Below, piece after piece: positions 48,268-60,178 of a stretch of 64,000 bases of DNA (the stretch's first letter is position 1; every line of letters begins with the position of its first letter). The notes beneath the pieces were generated by a model. The model was not told where the DNA came from. It was given only the letters and a program-made list of their open reading frames with translations, and searched no databases. The stretch is from Enoplolaimus lenunculus. Taxonomy: Eukaryota. Position numbers and translations under genes: made by a program. The stretch spans positions 124,001 to 188,000 of the forward strand of contig JASANG010003345.1 of assembly GCA_030248215.1 (NCBI GenBank), read 5' to 3'.

Positions 48268-50728
48268 TCAACTTGTATACGATGATCACTAAAGAGTGAT
48301 GGTCTATAATAGTCAATTGCATGTACCAATTACATTTTGTCGCCATACTTGCTAGATCAAGATCACAATTCGCGTCGAAACCGAACAAACGTGGACGAAA
48401 CACGTTCCTGTCTGTCCCACTATATAAAGGTGATATCTATTTCAGGTGAAACTGAGCTGTAGTTCATCGTAATAAATTTTAATACGTTCCGGATTCGTAC
48501 AAAAATTATACGTGTTCGATTAGAGTTTGTAGGTCATGCAAAAAACAAATCTAAACTGTATAACTTTACATTCACTTTTATTTGTTAGTTTGTTAGGTTC
48601 TTGCGCAACTGACCTCGAATTCAAATTTGTGACAAATTTTGATTCATTCAAACTGGCACAATTTTGTTAAATATTGTGGCCCATGCAATACTTTTAGGGC
48701 TGTCCAATTTTCTGGTGAGATTGCAAGCAAGTAGGTTTAGATTTTGGACTATATTTTTTGCTTAGGCTTAGGCTTTAAAACGGACAAAGCATGTTCCAAG
48801 CTGCCCCGGTTATAACTGAACCAAGCATAAGTTTAAGCAACAATATAATCTAAATCGAAGCTTACTGTTTCGTATAGTCATATCAGAAAACGGAACGGCC
48901 GCGAAAGTTTCATGCGACCAGGTTTGAGCATTGTATCGCATTAGTAATAGCACTAAAAGGTGCGTCACATGGGTCATGACCCATGACTCATCGTCGTTGG
49001 ACCTAACAGTCGTCGTTGCTGCTTCTATTCACTGTAGCTGTGATGGAGCTGAATTGAAAGCAGACGTAATTTCTGTTGGATCAACTGAGGTTCAATTTTA
49101 CTGAATTGTTCTCGATAATAATTCCTACTTCTTTGATCCTAAAACAACGGATGTATTATGTTATAGATTTTTAATTTTGTCAACTTGTTTCATGCAACAT
49201 TCCCAACTGTGCAGTGCGTTAGTTTGAACTCACCTTCTTATTAAATTCACGTAAAACAATGAAACTACGAATCATTGTAGCAGATTGGTTACGAACTCAT
49301 TTATGACTTATATATTTGTAGCGCTCACTCTATGCTTATCATGTGCCTTTAAATGTTGATATGCTTAGTAAAATAATCATGTGATTCTCTTAGTATCCTT
49401 TTGGAACAAGTCGTAGTATCCATTAACGTTTTTGTATTCGTTGAAGCACGAATACGTGTTGTCGATATTCTTGTTTTTTTCGAAAAAACGAAAAAAATCC
49501 ATTTTACCCATTCATTCAATTTTTACCGAAAACAACCAACCCATTGCTGGGGAGGGCTAAAAAATTTTCAGGAGGATCGTTCAAGGGTTTTCAATGAGTT
49601 ACAAGTAAGGTTGAAAATTTTCTAGTGGGGCCAAAATAATTTTCAGGAGGGCTGAGCCATCTTGACCCATCTCCCCTGGCTACGGGCCCGGTGAAAAACG
49701 GCTAAAACAGCGACAATTTGGCAAAAAGCCCGTAATTCCAGTACAGTAGTGTCTTTGTTTTGCCAGCCAGTAATATAAATTTCGTAGAAACAGTTGAAAT
49801 TCTTCAGTTTTTGCATATTGTACTGTTTTGAAAACATTGTCTACACTTTTAATTGCTACATTTCATTGCAAATGATTGAAATTGAAAAATTATGGCGTTA
49901 GAAACAAGTACATTTACATTTTCTCTCAAAAACAACACATTTTAAAACAATGGTTGTTCACTTTGTGATTTAAAAATACACTTTCGTTTTTTCTCTAATT
50001 CATTTGGTTAGTTTTTTTTGTTCAAAAAATCAGGCAAACTTTCTCAACTCTCAATTAAACTGTTTTTAATGTTCGTCAGTCATGATTACAACATTTTCGA
50101 ACGGTGTAAACAGCGCGCAAAAGTGATTTTTTTTCGAGCGACCATGAAAATTTATTGGAAATTTATGAACCCAGCAGGTTATTTTGATGCTTGCTGAAGT
50201 ACCTGGATTGTCGTCTCTCGACAAATTCTAGATTGATATATTTTTCCACCCCCCCTATGTATAAATTTCGGTAATTTAAACATAAAAACTGAAGTTTAAA
50301 CGTTTTTTATAGTACACTTGATATATTAAATCGTCAGCCTTCCGGAAACGAACGCGTTTAATATCAGATATCAGAGTGAAATTTCAACTGTTTTACAATA
50401 CTCACTAAACGCCTGGCTTTTATGCAGTAAATGCAAGTTTTATTGCGTTTTAAAAACATTAAAATTGACCGATTTGTACCAAATACTGTTTTAGATCGAT
50501 CTCGAGATTAGTACGGGGGCCCGGAGCCAACGTTTGGGGCAGGAGGGCTCAGCACGCCTATAAAAATTTTTGCAGTGCCCAAAAATTTTTAACCTTGGTT
50601 TTAAATCAGCAAAAACCCTTGTATGCCTCTCCTGAAAGCAGTTTAGCTCTCCTAGCAGAGCTGGCTAGAGGCATCTGGTAGAATCATCTAGAGGCAAGAA
50701 CGACGAATCCAGTGACGATATTTACCCA

Positions 50729-50857
50729 CACTGCAAAAAAATGGTGAGTCAAATTGACTCTATTTGACTCTGGCGGAGTCGAATTTTGACTCAGTTTGTG
50801 TAATCAGGAAAAGCCCATTTCGGAGAGAGTCAACTTGATTCCCCATTTTTTGCAGTG
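50729..50857. mobile_element. Tc1/mariner-type MITE, same family as 5860-6024
   Basis: CACTGCAAAAAAATGGTGAGTC...CCATTTTTTGCAGTG|TA. Confidence 0.7.
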
Positions 50858-51503
50858 TACGAAACCGTGAAAAGCCATGACGGATCTAAGACATTCCTGT
50901 AGCGAAAGATAATTTTTCGCGTTCCTGAATTTTACAGTTTGACAGCGCGGTTTTAACTCGTCAGTCAATGTTTAAACATCGAAAAATTGCTCATTCTTTG
51001 AATTTCAGTAGTAACCTCGTGATATTTATCAACCACTGTTTAGCTAGAAAATATAATAAAACATATTCAGCACAGCAAGGCTGCAGGGAAACGCATCTCT
51101 CATCTTTCATTATTTTTAGCGTTTTGAACTCGTGATTTTACTACGTGCTGTATTAAGAGACGTTTTGATTTGACAAAATTGGTGCGTGTACCTACTTCGA
51201 GCGCATTGCTTTAGGTTCATGCTTCTCTGTTTCCAGTTTGTTTACAGTGCAACGTGTCGAATCTAAACCCTGCAGTACACGTTGGGAAGCCATTGTCTAC
51301 GCAAGGAATGTGGAGGAAAGATTGCACAACAGTCCAAATAAGTCGTACTGTAATGCACACAGGCACCGAATAAATAACATGGCAAGAGACAAGAACGTTT
51401 ATCTTAGGTGGTATTTTCAGGAGTTCATGTGGCAGTACCGTTCTCAAAATCATTTGAACCAGCCATGGCGATTTCGTGGTTCAATTAAAGTTTTTACCAT
51501 CTA

Positions 51504-51645
51504 CTAAGCCTAAGCCTAAGCCTAAGCCTAAGTCTAAACCTAAGCCTAAGCCTAAGCCTAAGCCTAAGCCTAAGCCTTAGCCTAAGTCTAAACCTAAGCC
51601 TAAGCCTAAGCCTAAGCCTAAGCCTAAGCCTAAGCCTAAGCCTAA
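51504..51645 (-). repeat. Interstitial nematode telomeric repeat (TTAGGC)n, about 23 units
   Basis: Near-perfect (GCCTAA)n on the + strand. Confidence 0.95.
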
Positions 51646-54055
51646 AAGGTATTAATTAGTGTTTTTCCGTTAGTTGTAAGTAAAAAAACATTAATTGATA
51701 CCATTTATCTATCTACCATGATTCGTTCCCAATCTCGATGGACAGATTGGGAATTTAAAACTGATCTGGTTTGATTTTTGTGCAACGATTTAAGAATATT
51801 TACCGAAAAAACGTCTAACGATAGTAGATTGTTACAGTTTTATATCGAAACTAGACAAAAATTTTATTATTCATAGCCCGTAACTAATATTATTTTGAGA
51901 AAGTTTTCACGTTGGCAAAAACGTGATTTCGTTTCCGATTTTTAAAATATTTGCATTGTTTGAAAATTTATAGTTAAATTTGAATAAATTGTTGTCAGAA
52001 ACTTCACATCGCATACGACATTTTTTGATTGGTTTTTGACCTACCTAGGAATGAGTAACCAGAAGGGGCAGATCAAGCGTAGCTTTGTCACGACTAGGCG
52101 ACGTTTGGTCTAGCCTGGTGAAAGCCTAAAAGTTTCACTAAAATAATATAATGAAATATTTTAGAAATATGATCCAAGTTTGAAGCTGTTTTGAAATTAC
52201 AAAAATTTCGTAAAAATATATCAAAATTTTCTGGTATGTCTTTGTCCCGTCCAAAATTTAGCTCACAAATGCGCTGCTTATATGGCTGCTGATAATCACA
52301 CTTTTTAAGTTTTAGCCGTTTTAAGCTTACGCTAAACGTATATATTATTACACCAGATTAACGAAGACAAACTTAAACTTTTTGTCTATAACTAACTGTT
52401 AATATTGAATTTTTGCAGTTGTCAGAAAAAATGTTGCGTCAAAAAGTTATTAATGTATAAATTTATGTCTTTCAAATATTTGTACGGGCTTTAAGATTAA
52501 ACGGTATATAATTTTGAAAAATATATTGAAAAACTTTTTAGAAATTTCTTGCAAAGTTTTCAAACCCTTCGTTTACTAACGAAAGATTCAATTTCGAAAG
52601 CTAAGTAATTATTCAAATTTTAGCTCATATAATTTAAGGCAAGAGCTGAGTTTTTGAATCGCTTAATTCATCAGTTAGGGTTAAAGGAGTAAGAAATACA
52701 TATGCATTGTCTTCTTAAGCTTTAGATATAAAACAGAGCGTCTTGAACTCCTGAAACAATTTTAACTCCTTCTCAGCGCAATGCGCCGAGTAATGAAGAT
52801 TGGTAATAATTTTCTTCCTAAAAATTATTTTGTAACCTGAAAACATTCTACAAACTGAAATCCTGACATAATAAAAATGTTTAGGTTTACGCTATTCATG
52901 TAAACCTTTTCCGAAACCTAAGGCAATGCGTAAGGCCTAAGCCTGTGGGGAAAGTGCAGAAAAGCCAATCAAAATAATCGGTTGACTGGCTTGAAATATT
53001 TTTCAATCTGATGCTCATGCCACAATATTTACAAATAATTCACAAATAGCAGAGAAAGTTTAAAAATAGGTAGGATATTTGTATAAAACGTCGCACGCAA
53101 TTGTGTGTACTCTTTATTGTATGCCGCCCTCTGTACTCTCAATTGTGTGCCGCTCCTATCACCAGTTAGTGATAAGCTTTGTAAAAAATCGGAACCATGG
53201 AATGGTGAGGTTCGAAATTCAGAGCGAATTGCTCGCATTTGGTATACCATACTTCTGTACTAATTTTGAGACTTTACAATTGCAGGAGTTTGTCAGTTTG
53301 AGAACCTATCGCCATTAACTGGTCATATGTGCTATACACATTTGAAACCATGGGCTAAGGCCTAAATCACTTGAACTTATGCTTGCGAAGAAGTATATTC
53401 TCAAAGATATATAGCACATATCGCCATCTCAAGACTACTCCTTCAAACAAGTGAACTACTGCAGCAGCATAATCTGATGTTTAAGCTGATGGGTGACAGT
53501 TGCTACATAAATTGAGAATATCCCCATACAGGGTTTTTAGTCTTAATTGAAATTTTTTTATTTGATAGCCATTTTTGTAAAAAAGTAAGATTACACTGTA
53601 TTGATTCAACATTTTTACTCAAAAAATGGACAGACGAGGCGAAAACCTGCATAGCAGAGAGCGAGTTTTGGTGAAACACCGGCTGGCTTTGTTCCTCTGT
53701 ATGCTTTGTAATACAGATTTGTAAAAAAAGATAAGCTCTTGAACACTTTTCTCTACAGGTTTAGGCTGAGGATTAGGTTTAAATAACGATATACTTCAGC
53801 AAAGCTGTTGTTTAAATTTTTGTCTAAGCCTAAGCCTACGCCTTAAAACGTTGTATAATGCGTGGTGAAGAAAAGTGTGTAAGAATGAAAATTTGAAAAA
53901 TATGGCCAACTAGAGTAAAAGTCATAGTTATATCCACATTTTGGGGGTTAAGTACTTACTGTTATTGCCTGAAACATAATATTTATAACTTCGTTTATTG
54001 CAATTCAGGTAAAAATAATAGTGTTTGCATATTAAATGCAAATATATATTGCAAC

Positions 54056-54196
54056 ATGCAGTCGCATTTTGCAATTATTTGGGCTGCGTTATGCAGTGGC
54101 GTTGTAACAATGGCAATTATAATTGGACTGCCTTTATTGTATTCCGAAGCCGACGAACTCAGATCAACTGTGCGACATCAAAGCAATTTATTTCGA
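54056..54196 (+). CDS. Cuticle collagen exon 1
   Basis: MQSHFAIIWAALCSGVVTMAIIIGLPLLYSEADELRSTVRHQSNLFR|GTAAGC. Confidence 0.85.
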
Positions 54197-57100
54197 GTAA
54201 GCTTTAGTAACGCGCAGTGGCCCAACTCAGGCGCAGCCAGGGGTATGATCGTGAGATTCTAGACCCCGTTATTTAGTGGCACTTTATGTCGTAATCAAAT
54301 ATTATCTGCAACAGCTCAATAATTCAAATTTTATCACAATGCAATCGGCTAATGTCAAGAACAGGGCCGTAACAGTAGTATTAGCATGTCTCTAAGCTTA
54401 TACCTAAGCCTAAAATCCTAAGCCTAAGCGTAACAAAGAAATAGTGTAAAGCTTAGACTTACTCTATTGCAGCCGCAGAAAAACGGTGGGCCCTTGATCT
54501 TTAATACACGAGCCTTGAAATTGAAATGTTTAACATTTTTTATTTATAAACCAGCACCAAATCGTAAGCCTGGATGCACGCCTGGCTACGTGTCACGACC
54601 CCCCCTTTCGGGTTATTGAGATTCTAGGTACCGAGGACCCGTCATTATTGACAAATACCCTTTGTGACAACCGGAAATTTTGTCTAATTTACACAAGTGC
54701 CTGTGTCTAAAACATCCGTTGAGTCAATCCTATAGTAAATCCACTCCTTCGTCCAGGTCAAAGTAAGTTTTCCTTACATTGTATAGAAAATTCTAACCTT
54801 AGCATTGGGATATAGTTGTCCTAGTCCAGGCCCGTAGCAAAGGATAGGGGCAGGGGGGACTCAGCCCTTGTGGAAAAATTACGGCACCCTAGAAAATTTT
54901 TAACCTTGCTTGTAAGTCATTGAAAACCTTTAAATGCCCCTCCTGAAAAATCTTCAGCCCCCTCCTTGCAAGGTGGGCTGGCTACGGGCCTGATTTGTAT
55001 ATGTATATATTTCGTTTTCAAACACAATTTAACTCTTTCCCACATGAACATTTTCAATTTGTTTGAACTGGAAACCGGAAGGCGTTTAACCATCACCACC
55101 GCATCTGGTGGATAATTTTCTTTGCGTAGAAAAGGTACTGAGACACGCATTATGTTTTATTTCCCACACTCAGTTAGCAGCGCATTGCGTATAGGCGTAC
55201 TCTATGCCATTGTGGTCCGTAGCCAGAACCTCAGCATGGGACGGGATCACTCCCCTAGAATAATTTTGGATTCTCCTAGAATATTTTTAAGTAGCGTTTG
55301 TTGTAAAATTGATAATTTGGCAGCATGACAAGTCTAAAATAGCTATGCCCCCAAAAGTTTGAGCTGGCTGCACAGGTCTGTTCTATGCGGGAAATGGTTA
55401 CTTTTTTTAGTTGCAAGTCGATGACATATGGAAAGATTTGATGTTTGTTCAAAGTACACCAATGTACCACAGCGGACGCGTCAAACGGCAGTACGGACAG
55501 CAAGCCCAATCTGCTTGCAGTACGTTTAACTGTTTAGTTTTGTATGCAAATATGTCGTAGTGCAAATTGCTACACGGAGTGTTTGTTGCTGCAAGCTAAA
55601 TGTAGTTCCACCGGCTCGCGTTGTTATTTGTATAGGATCGATTTAAAACTGCTTAATCCAGGAGGTCCGTGGGGGAAACACATACAAATGTGTTTGTTCA
55701 TTTGTAGGAATAGCTTTCTAGAAGTGACTAGTTGGCTCTGAAATGTTCTTGTTACGAAACTTTGTTTTCATACGTACCAGTAGCTTTCTAGAAGAGAATA
55801 AGTTGCCTGTGAAATATAAAATTTGTATGCTTTGTTTCCATATTTTTTATTTTGTCACGGCATTTCATTGGTCGGACATCTCGTCGGCATCGACCTTTTG
55901 TAGCGCTGGCATCTCATACACTTGCTCCTACATTAGAATAGTTTAAACTCACTGTTGTGAAGTTTTGGTTGTATTTTATTTTATCGTAAACATCGGAAAG
56001 GTCCACGTACAATCGCGATAAATTTTTTCGGGCTGAACTGGACGTTTGTTTCCTGGCGTTCCTTCCACCTTGTTGACCACCCGCTTTAGGACAGCAATTA
56101 GAAATTGTTAGCGAATGGGATCCGGAAATTTACGTAGTGGCCAATGCTTTCTAAACATTAAGTTGTTTTAACGCTGTCGATAAATTTAAAAAATTTTTTT
56201 GCCAGATTGTGATGCAAGCGCTGCTAATCTGTGTCCTGCCGGAGCGCCAGGTGAAGCCGGTGTCGCAGGTGACCCTGGAGTCAACGGCGACGATGGTTCG
56301 CCTGGACAACCTGGGAAAAACGGTCCCGTAATGACAATGCCAGCGCCAATGTGTCCAATGTGTGCCTCAGGTTCTCCTGGTCGGCCTGGGCGTCCGGGAA
56401 ATTCTGGTAAGTCGATTTATTTGACAGCATTAATGTTGATCGGACAGATTGGATTAGGCCGGTTCAGCAGCAATGGAACGCCGGTCCGGATCGCAAGTCT
56501 AATAACATTCTCTATAATGGGTCAATTTCTGGACACATTCCGGCATTGAGTCGAACTCGACTCTGGCGGTGTTAAATTTTGACTCAGTTTGTGCATTCCG
56601 GAAAAGCTTATTTCGGAGAGAGTCAATTTGACTCACCATTTTTGGCAGTGTAACAACTTGGCAGCATGGAAGTATCCAAGATTTTGAAACAATGTTAAAG
56701 TTGCATTAAAATTTTCAAAGGATTTTCTTGTGACCCTGGATGTTAAATGCTGTGAACAACTCCTGTACAAAAATCCCAAAACGGGAGACCCTTGAAATCA
56801 GCCGGCTACGTCCGTATTCTCGGAGACTTTGACGCTTGCTTGCGCTTGGTTTACTTGATCGTTTTTGAGACAGGCATAAGTGACTTGTAGCTTGCCATGT
56901 AAATTTGTTTTTCGACTGAAACTTATAGTTGTGCGAATAGTTAAGGCGTGTAGCAAAGTGTCCATTAATTTGTTTAGGCTTCAGGGTCTTAATTTTACGG
57001 CAAATGTAAAGAACAGGGACGGAACAGTATTATAAGCATATTCCTAAGCCTTCGCCTAAGCGTAAGAATAAGCGCATACCTAAGCCATAGCCTGAAGCCT

Positions 57101-59401
57101 AAGCCTAAAGCCAAGCAAAAAAATAGTCTAAAGCTTAAGCTTACTCTATTGCAATCCCACAGAAAAACGTTCCGTCCATAATCTTTACATGGGCCATTTT
57201 TTACGAAGACCTTCTTGCACATAAAAACAAAAAATTAAAAATTCATATTTTTCCGTTTGCAAATGATTTTCAGCCTGAGCTAAAGGTATCGTGAACAACC
57301 ATATCGCGTTAATCTGAAAAAGAACAAAAATGCACGTTTAATAGTTGCGTACTTTTACACAAATTACAGGGGCAGTAAACTGAAATTTGCTTTAATAATG
57401 AAATCGCACTGTAAAATGATGTGTATTTTTAGGTAAAATGGGACAACCAGGAGCACCTGGAAAAAGCTACAGCCAAGCACGAGGACGTCCCGGTAGACCT
57501 GGACTGCCTGGAAAGGCTGGCACCCCTGGCGGTTTGGGAAAACGCGGACCACAAGTAAGTTTGTCACCAGAAGTTTATGTTAGAGTATAATAAGAAAATG
57601 TAACTCTAAGTTAAACAGTACCATATAGAACCCTTCACGAAACTTTGGCTGCGGATGCGGTGGGCCTCGAACCCACGCCGTACAGATCAGCGGTCCGCTG
57701 CTATAACCACTGAGTTGCGCAGCCGTGCAAACGTTTCGCTACGATGGCTTTACCGTAAGTTTTTTAATATAAGGCACGTATATGAATACGCCGCGAAACA
57801 GTATGATCTGGAGCGCGTCTCTTACATTTACCAACCAATACCGCTAAATTCTAAAATTTCATGCAGCTGAATTTGCAACGGTCAATATTACTTTAACAGT
57901 TCGCATCAGGGTGCAACCGGAGGTGAAAAATACCGAAGCCGGAGCTGGAGCCGGAGGTCAACGAAACTTGCCGGAGACGGAGGTGAGGCGAAATTAGGAG
58001 GTAGTAAAAATAATGGTTAATGAGTTAATTTTAGCCAATGTCTGTAATATGTTGTTAAGTTGTTTTTGACCTGTTAATGACGGAAATGTTTCTTGAAGTG
58101 CCTTCAGGCCATGTAAGGTTTTGAATACGTACTAAATGCAATGCCTTCGTTGCGGATAAGGGCTGCCACCCCGAAGTGTTCAGCGCAGTCAGCCGAATTT
58201 TTTTAGACGATATTAAAATAATTCTATGATGGCAAAAATTTGCTTTGATTCCACCGACAAATCTTGAATGGTGTTTACGGAATTAGCTGGACACAGCAAT
58301 TTTTCGGTTAAATCAACATGTCAAGTGAAAAAGACCTGAACGGTTAAATGATACAGATTATCATTTGTGCAAACTAACCGCAATCATGTAACTTAAATAT
58401 TGAAGGTCCAGCGGCATCCAAGTGTCGCAAAAATTTTAGGAGTTCGAAAAAAGATATGAGCTGAAAATATATGAGACATGATTTGAATACGAAACACACT
58501 TTGTTGTCGCTTTATTCAAAAACGATTTACGTTCATCAATTTCCGTGTATGAAAATAGTCGAAAAAATTACAATTTTAGCTATATCGCTAAAATATTTTC
58601 GTAAGCCCTTGCAAGATTGAGGAGTTGTAATTGAGACAGTCGAGCCTGTCACTTCGCTTTTACGGATACTTTTGAATCAAGATCCAATGTTTAACCTTTT
58701 ATCACTTGAATATTTTCAATTTCATATGAGATGTAATTTCAAGGTAAGTTTCGATCCCCAGTTTCACGGGTGGGAGGCGTGTGCGATGACTGAATGGGTT
58801 ATAGATACTAACAGAGAATTTTTTCGTGAAGTGATATAGGGCCAGAAATTGTTCATTTACAATGCCTCTAATATATACTATAAGGTGACGTTGTTTATCC
58901 GACATCTGAGAAAAATACCCTGTTGGATTGACGAAAAATTAACTCTGATTACACCTATGTGTCGTAGATAACGAAATAAAAATTGACGAGATAAGACCAG
59001 ATTGCAATAGTGCTCGGATAGTCACCGAACGCTTGACTTTAGCTAAATGTTGAGCATTATTGTGCGTATCACAGCAGATTGTTAACTTCCGCTAAAATAT
59101 ATCTTTACATCCACATTTTGAATTTAAATTTATAACTTTGTTTCAGGGTTTACCTGGACCATCAGGAATGTCGTTTACCAAAGGTCCAAAAGGCCCCAAA
59201 GGACAACCAGGTGAACCAGGTGACGCTGGAGACCGAGGAGACAGAGGTCGTAATACGATGTTACCTCGGGGCATTAATGGACCTCGAGGCGCTCCAGGAT
59301 CACCTGGCCAACCAGGCAAAGATGGTAACGATGGCCGAAGTGGCGGCCGGGGATTGCCAGGATCGCCAGGACCTGATTCTTTGTATTGTCCTTGTCGATA
59401 G
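54056..59401 (+). CDS. Nematode cuticle collagen; join(54056..54196,55411..55519,56206..56406,57433..57554,59147..59401), 275 aa
   Basis: N-terminal hydrophobic Col_cuticle_N-like region (AIIIGLPLLYSEADELRS...FR-LQVDDIWKDLM), RVKR-QYG processing site, CNC...CPAG, interrupted Gly-X-Y blocks with CPMC, and C-terminal YCPCR*. All introns are GT-AG with matching phases (0,1,1,0). Confidence 0.92.
55411..55519 (+). CDS. Cuticle collagen exon 2 (absent from the ORF track)
   Basis: TTTTTTTAG|LQVDDIWKDLMFVQSTPMYHSGRVKRQYGQQAQSAC|GTACGT. Confidence 0.88.
56206..56406 (+). CDS. Cuticle collagen exon 3
   Basis: GCCAG|CDASAANLCPAGAPGEAG...CPMCASGSPGRPGRPGNS|GTAAGT. Confidence 0.92.
56999..57195. mobile_element. 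GG...CC MITE with GCCTAA cargo
   Basis: GGCAAATGTAAAGAACAGGGACGGAAC...GTTCCGTCCATAATCTTTACATGGGCC, colinear with 59985-60178. An older copy lies at ~54347-54514. Confidence 0.7.
57433..57554 (+). CDS. Cuticle collagen exon 4
   Basis: TTTTTAG|KMGQPGAPGKSYSQARGRPGRPGLPGKAGTPGGLGKRGPQ|GTAAGT. Confidence 0.92.
57647..57724 (-). pseudogene. tRNA-like element (pseudogene or SINE head), GCT in the anticodon position
   Basis: GGCTGCGCAACTCAGTGGTTATAGCAGCGGACCGCTGATCTGTACGGCGTGGGTTCGAGGCCCACCGCATCC has a perfect T-arm and 6/7 acceptor-stem pairs, but a broken D-stem. Confidence 0.55.
59147..59401 (+). CDS. Cuticle collagen exon 5 (terminal)
   Basis: TTTCAG|GLPGPSGMSFTKGPKGPKG...GSPGPDSLYCPCR*. Confidence 0.93.
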   Translation, partial: GLPGPSGMSFTKGPKGPKGQPGEPGDAGDRGDRGRNTMLPRGINGPRGAPGSPGQPGKDGNDGRSGGRGLPGSPGPDSLYCPCR

Positions 59402-59984
59402 ATGGTTCTGTCTACTTAGTACTGCTTAATATTTTATTTCGCGTTTACGATTGTAAAAAAACAGTGGTTAACGTATTTTGAACCGGTCTATTGGTTACTT
59501 TCGATAGAACTCATCTTTCAATTCACTATATCGTTCACGCTGCCACGAATCTATTTTCAATATAATACTCTGTTTCATTCTATTTATGTTTTTCCACATA
59601 GCTTTAGTGTGTTTAGTACAAAAAAAAATAAGCTAAATTAGTACTTAAAATTGTTATAATTTACTGTATGGTGTGGACAGTGGAAGAATCGTGCGCTAAA
59701 ATCCGTAAACTTAAGGCAGGGTACAACCGGATACTCGTTCTCAGCAGAAAATTAGTGTCCGTTTCTGTTTGCGTTGCTTTCTTTGATCACAATCCGTTTC
59801 CGTCTTTTTGCTATCTGTTTATACCGTGAGCTAATGAATTATAATTCTGTTCCGTATGATATTTGCTTCTTGTTGAAGTAAACCACCAACTTTGTTTTGT
59901 ATCAAATCAAATATGTACTGCAGTTCACTCGTTTGAAACGTTATTACTAAAGCTGCTACGCTAAGTTAAAAAATATGACCTTTG

Positions 59985-60178
59985 GGCCAATGTAAAGAAC
60001 TGGGGCGGTACAGTATAATAAACATATTTCTAAGCCTAAACCCTAAACCTCAGCCTAAAGCCTAAGCGTAAGAATGAGCAATTCCTAAGCCTAAGCCTAA
60101 GCCGAGAAAAAACAAGCTTAACCTTACTCTAGTTTAGTCCCACAGAAAAACGTTCCGCCCCTAATTTTTACACTGGCC
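59985..60178. mobile_element. GG...CC MITE with GCCTAA cargo and perfect 8-bp TSD
   Basis: GACCTTTG|GGCCAATGTAAAGAACTGGGGCGG...CCGCCCCTAATTTTTACACTGGCC|GACCTTTG. Confidence 0.85.
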
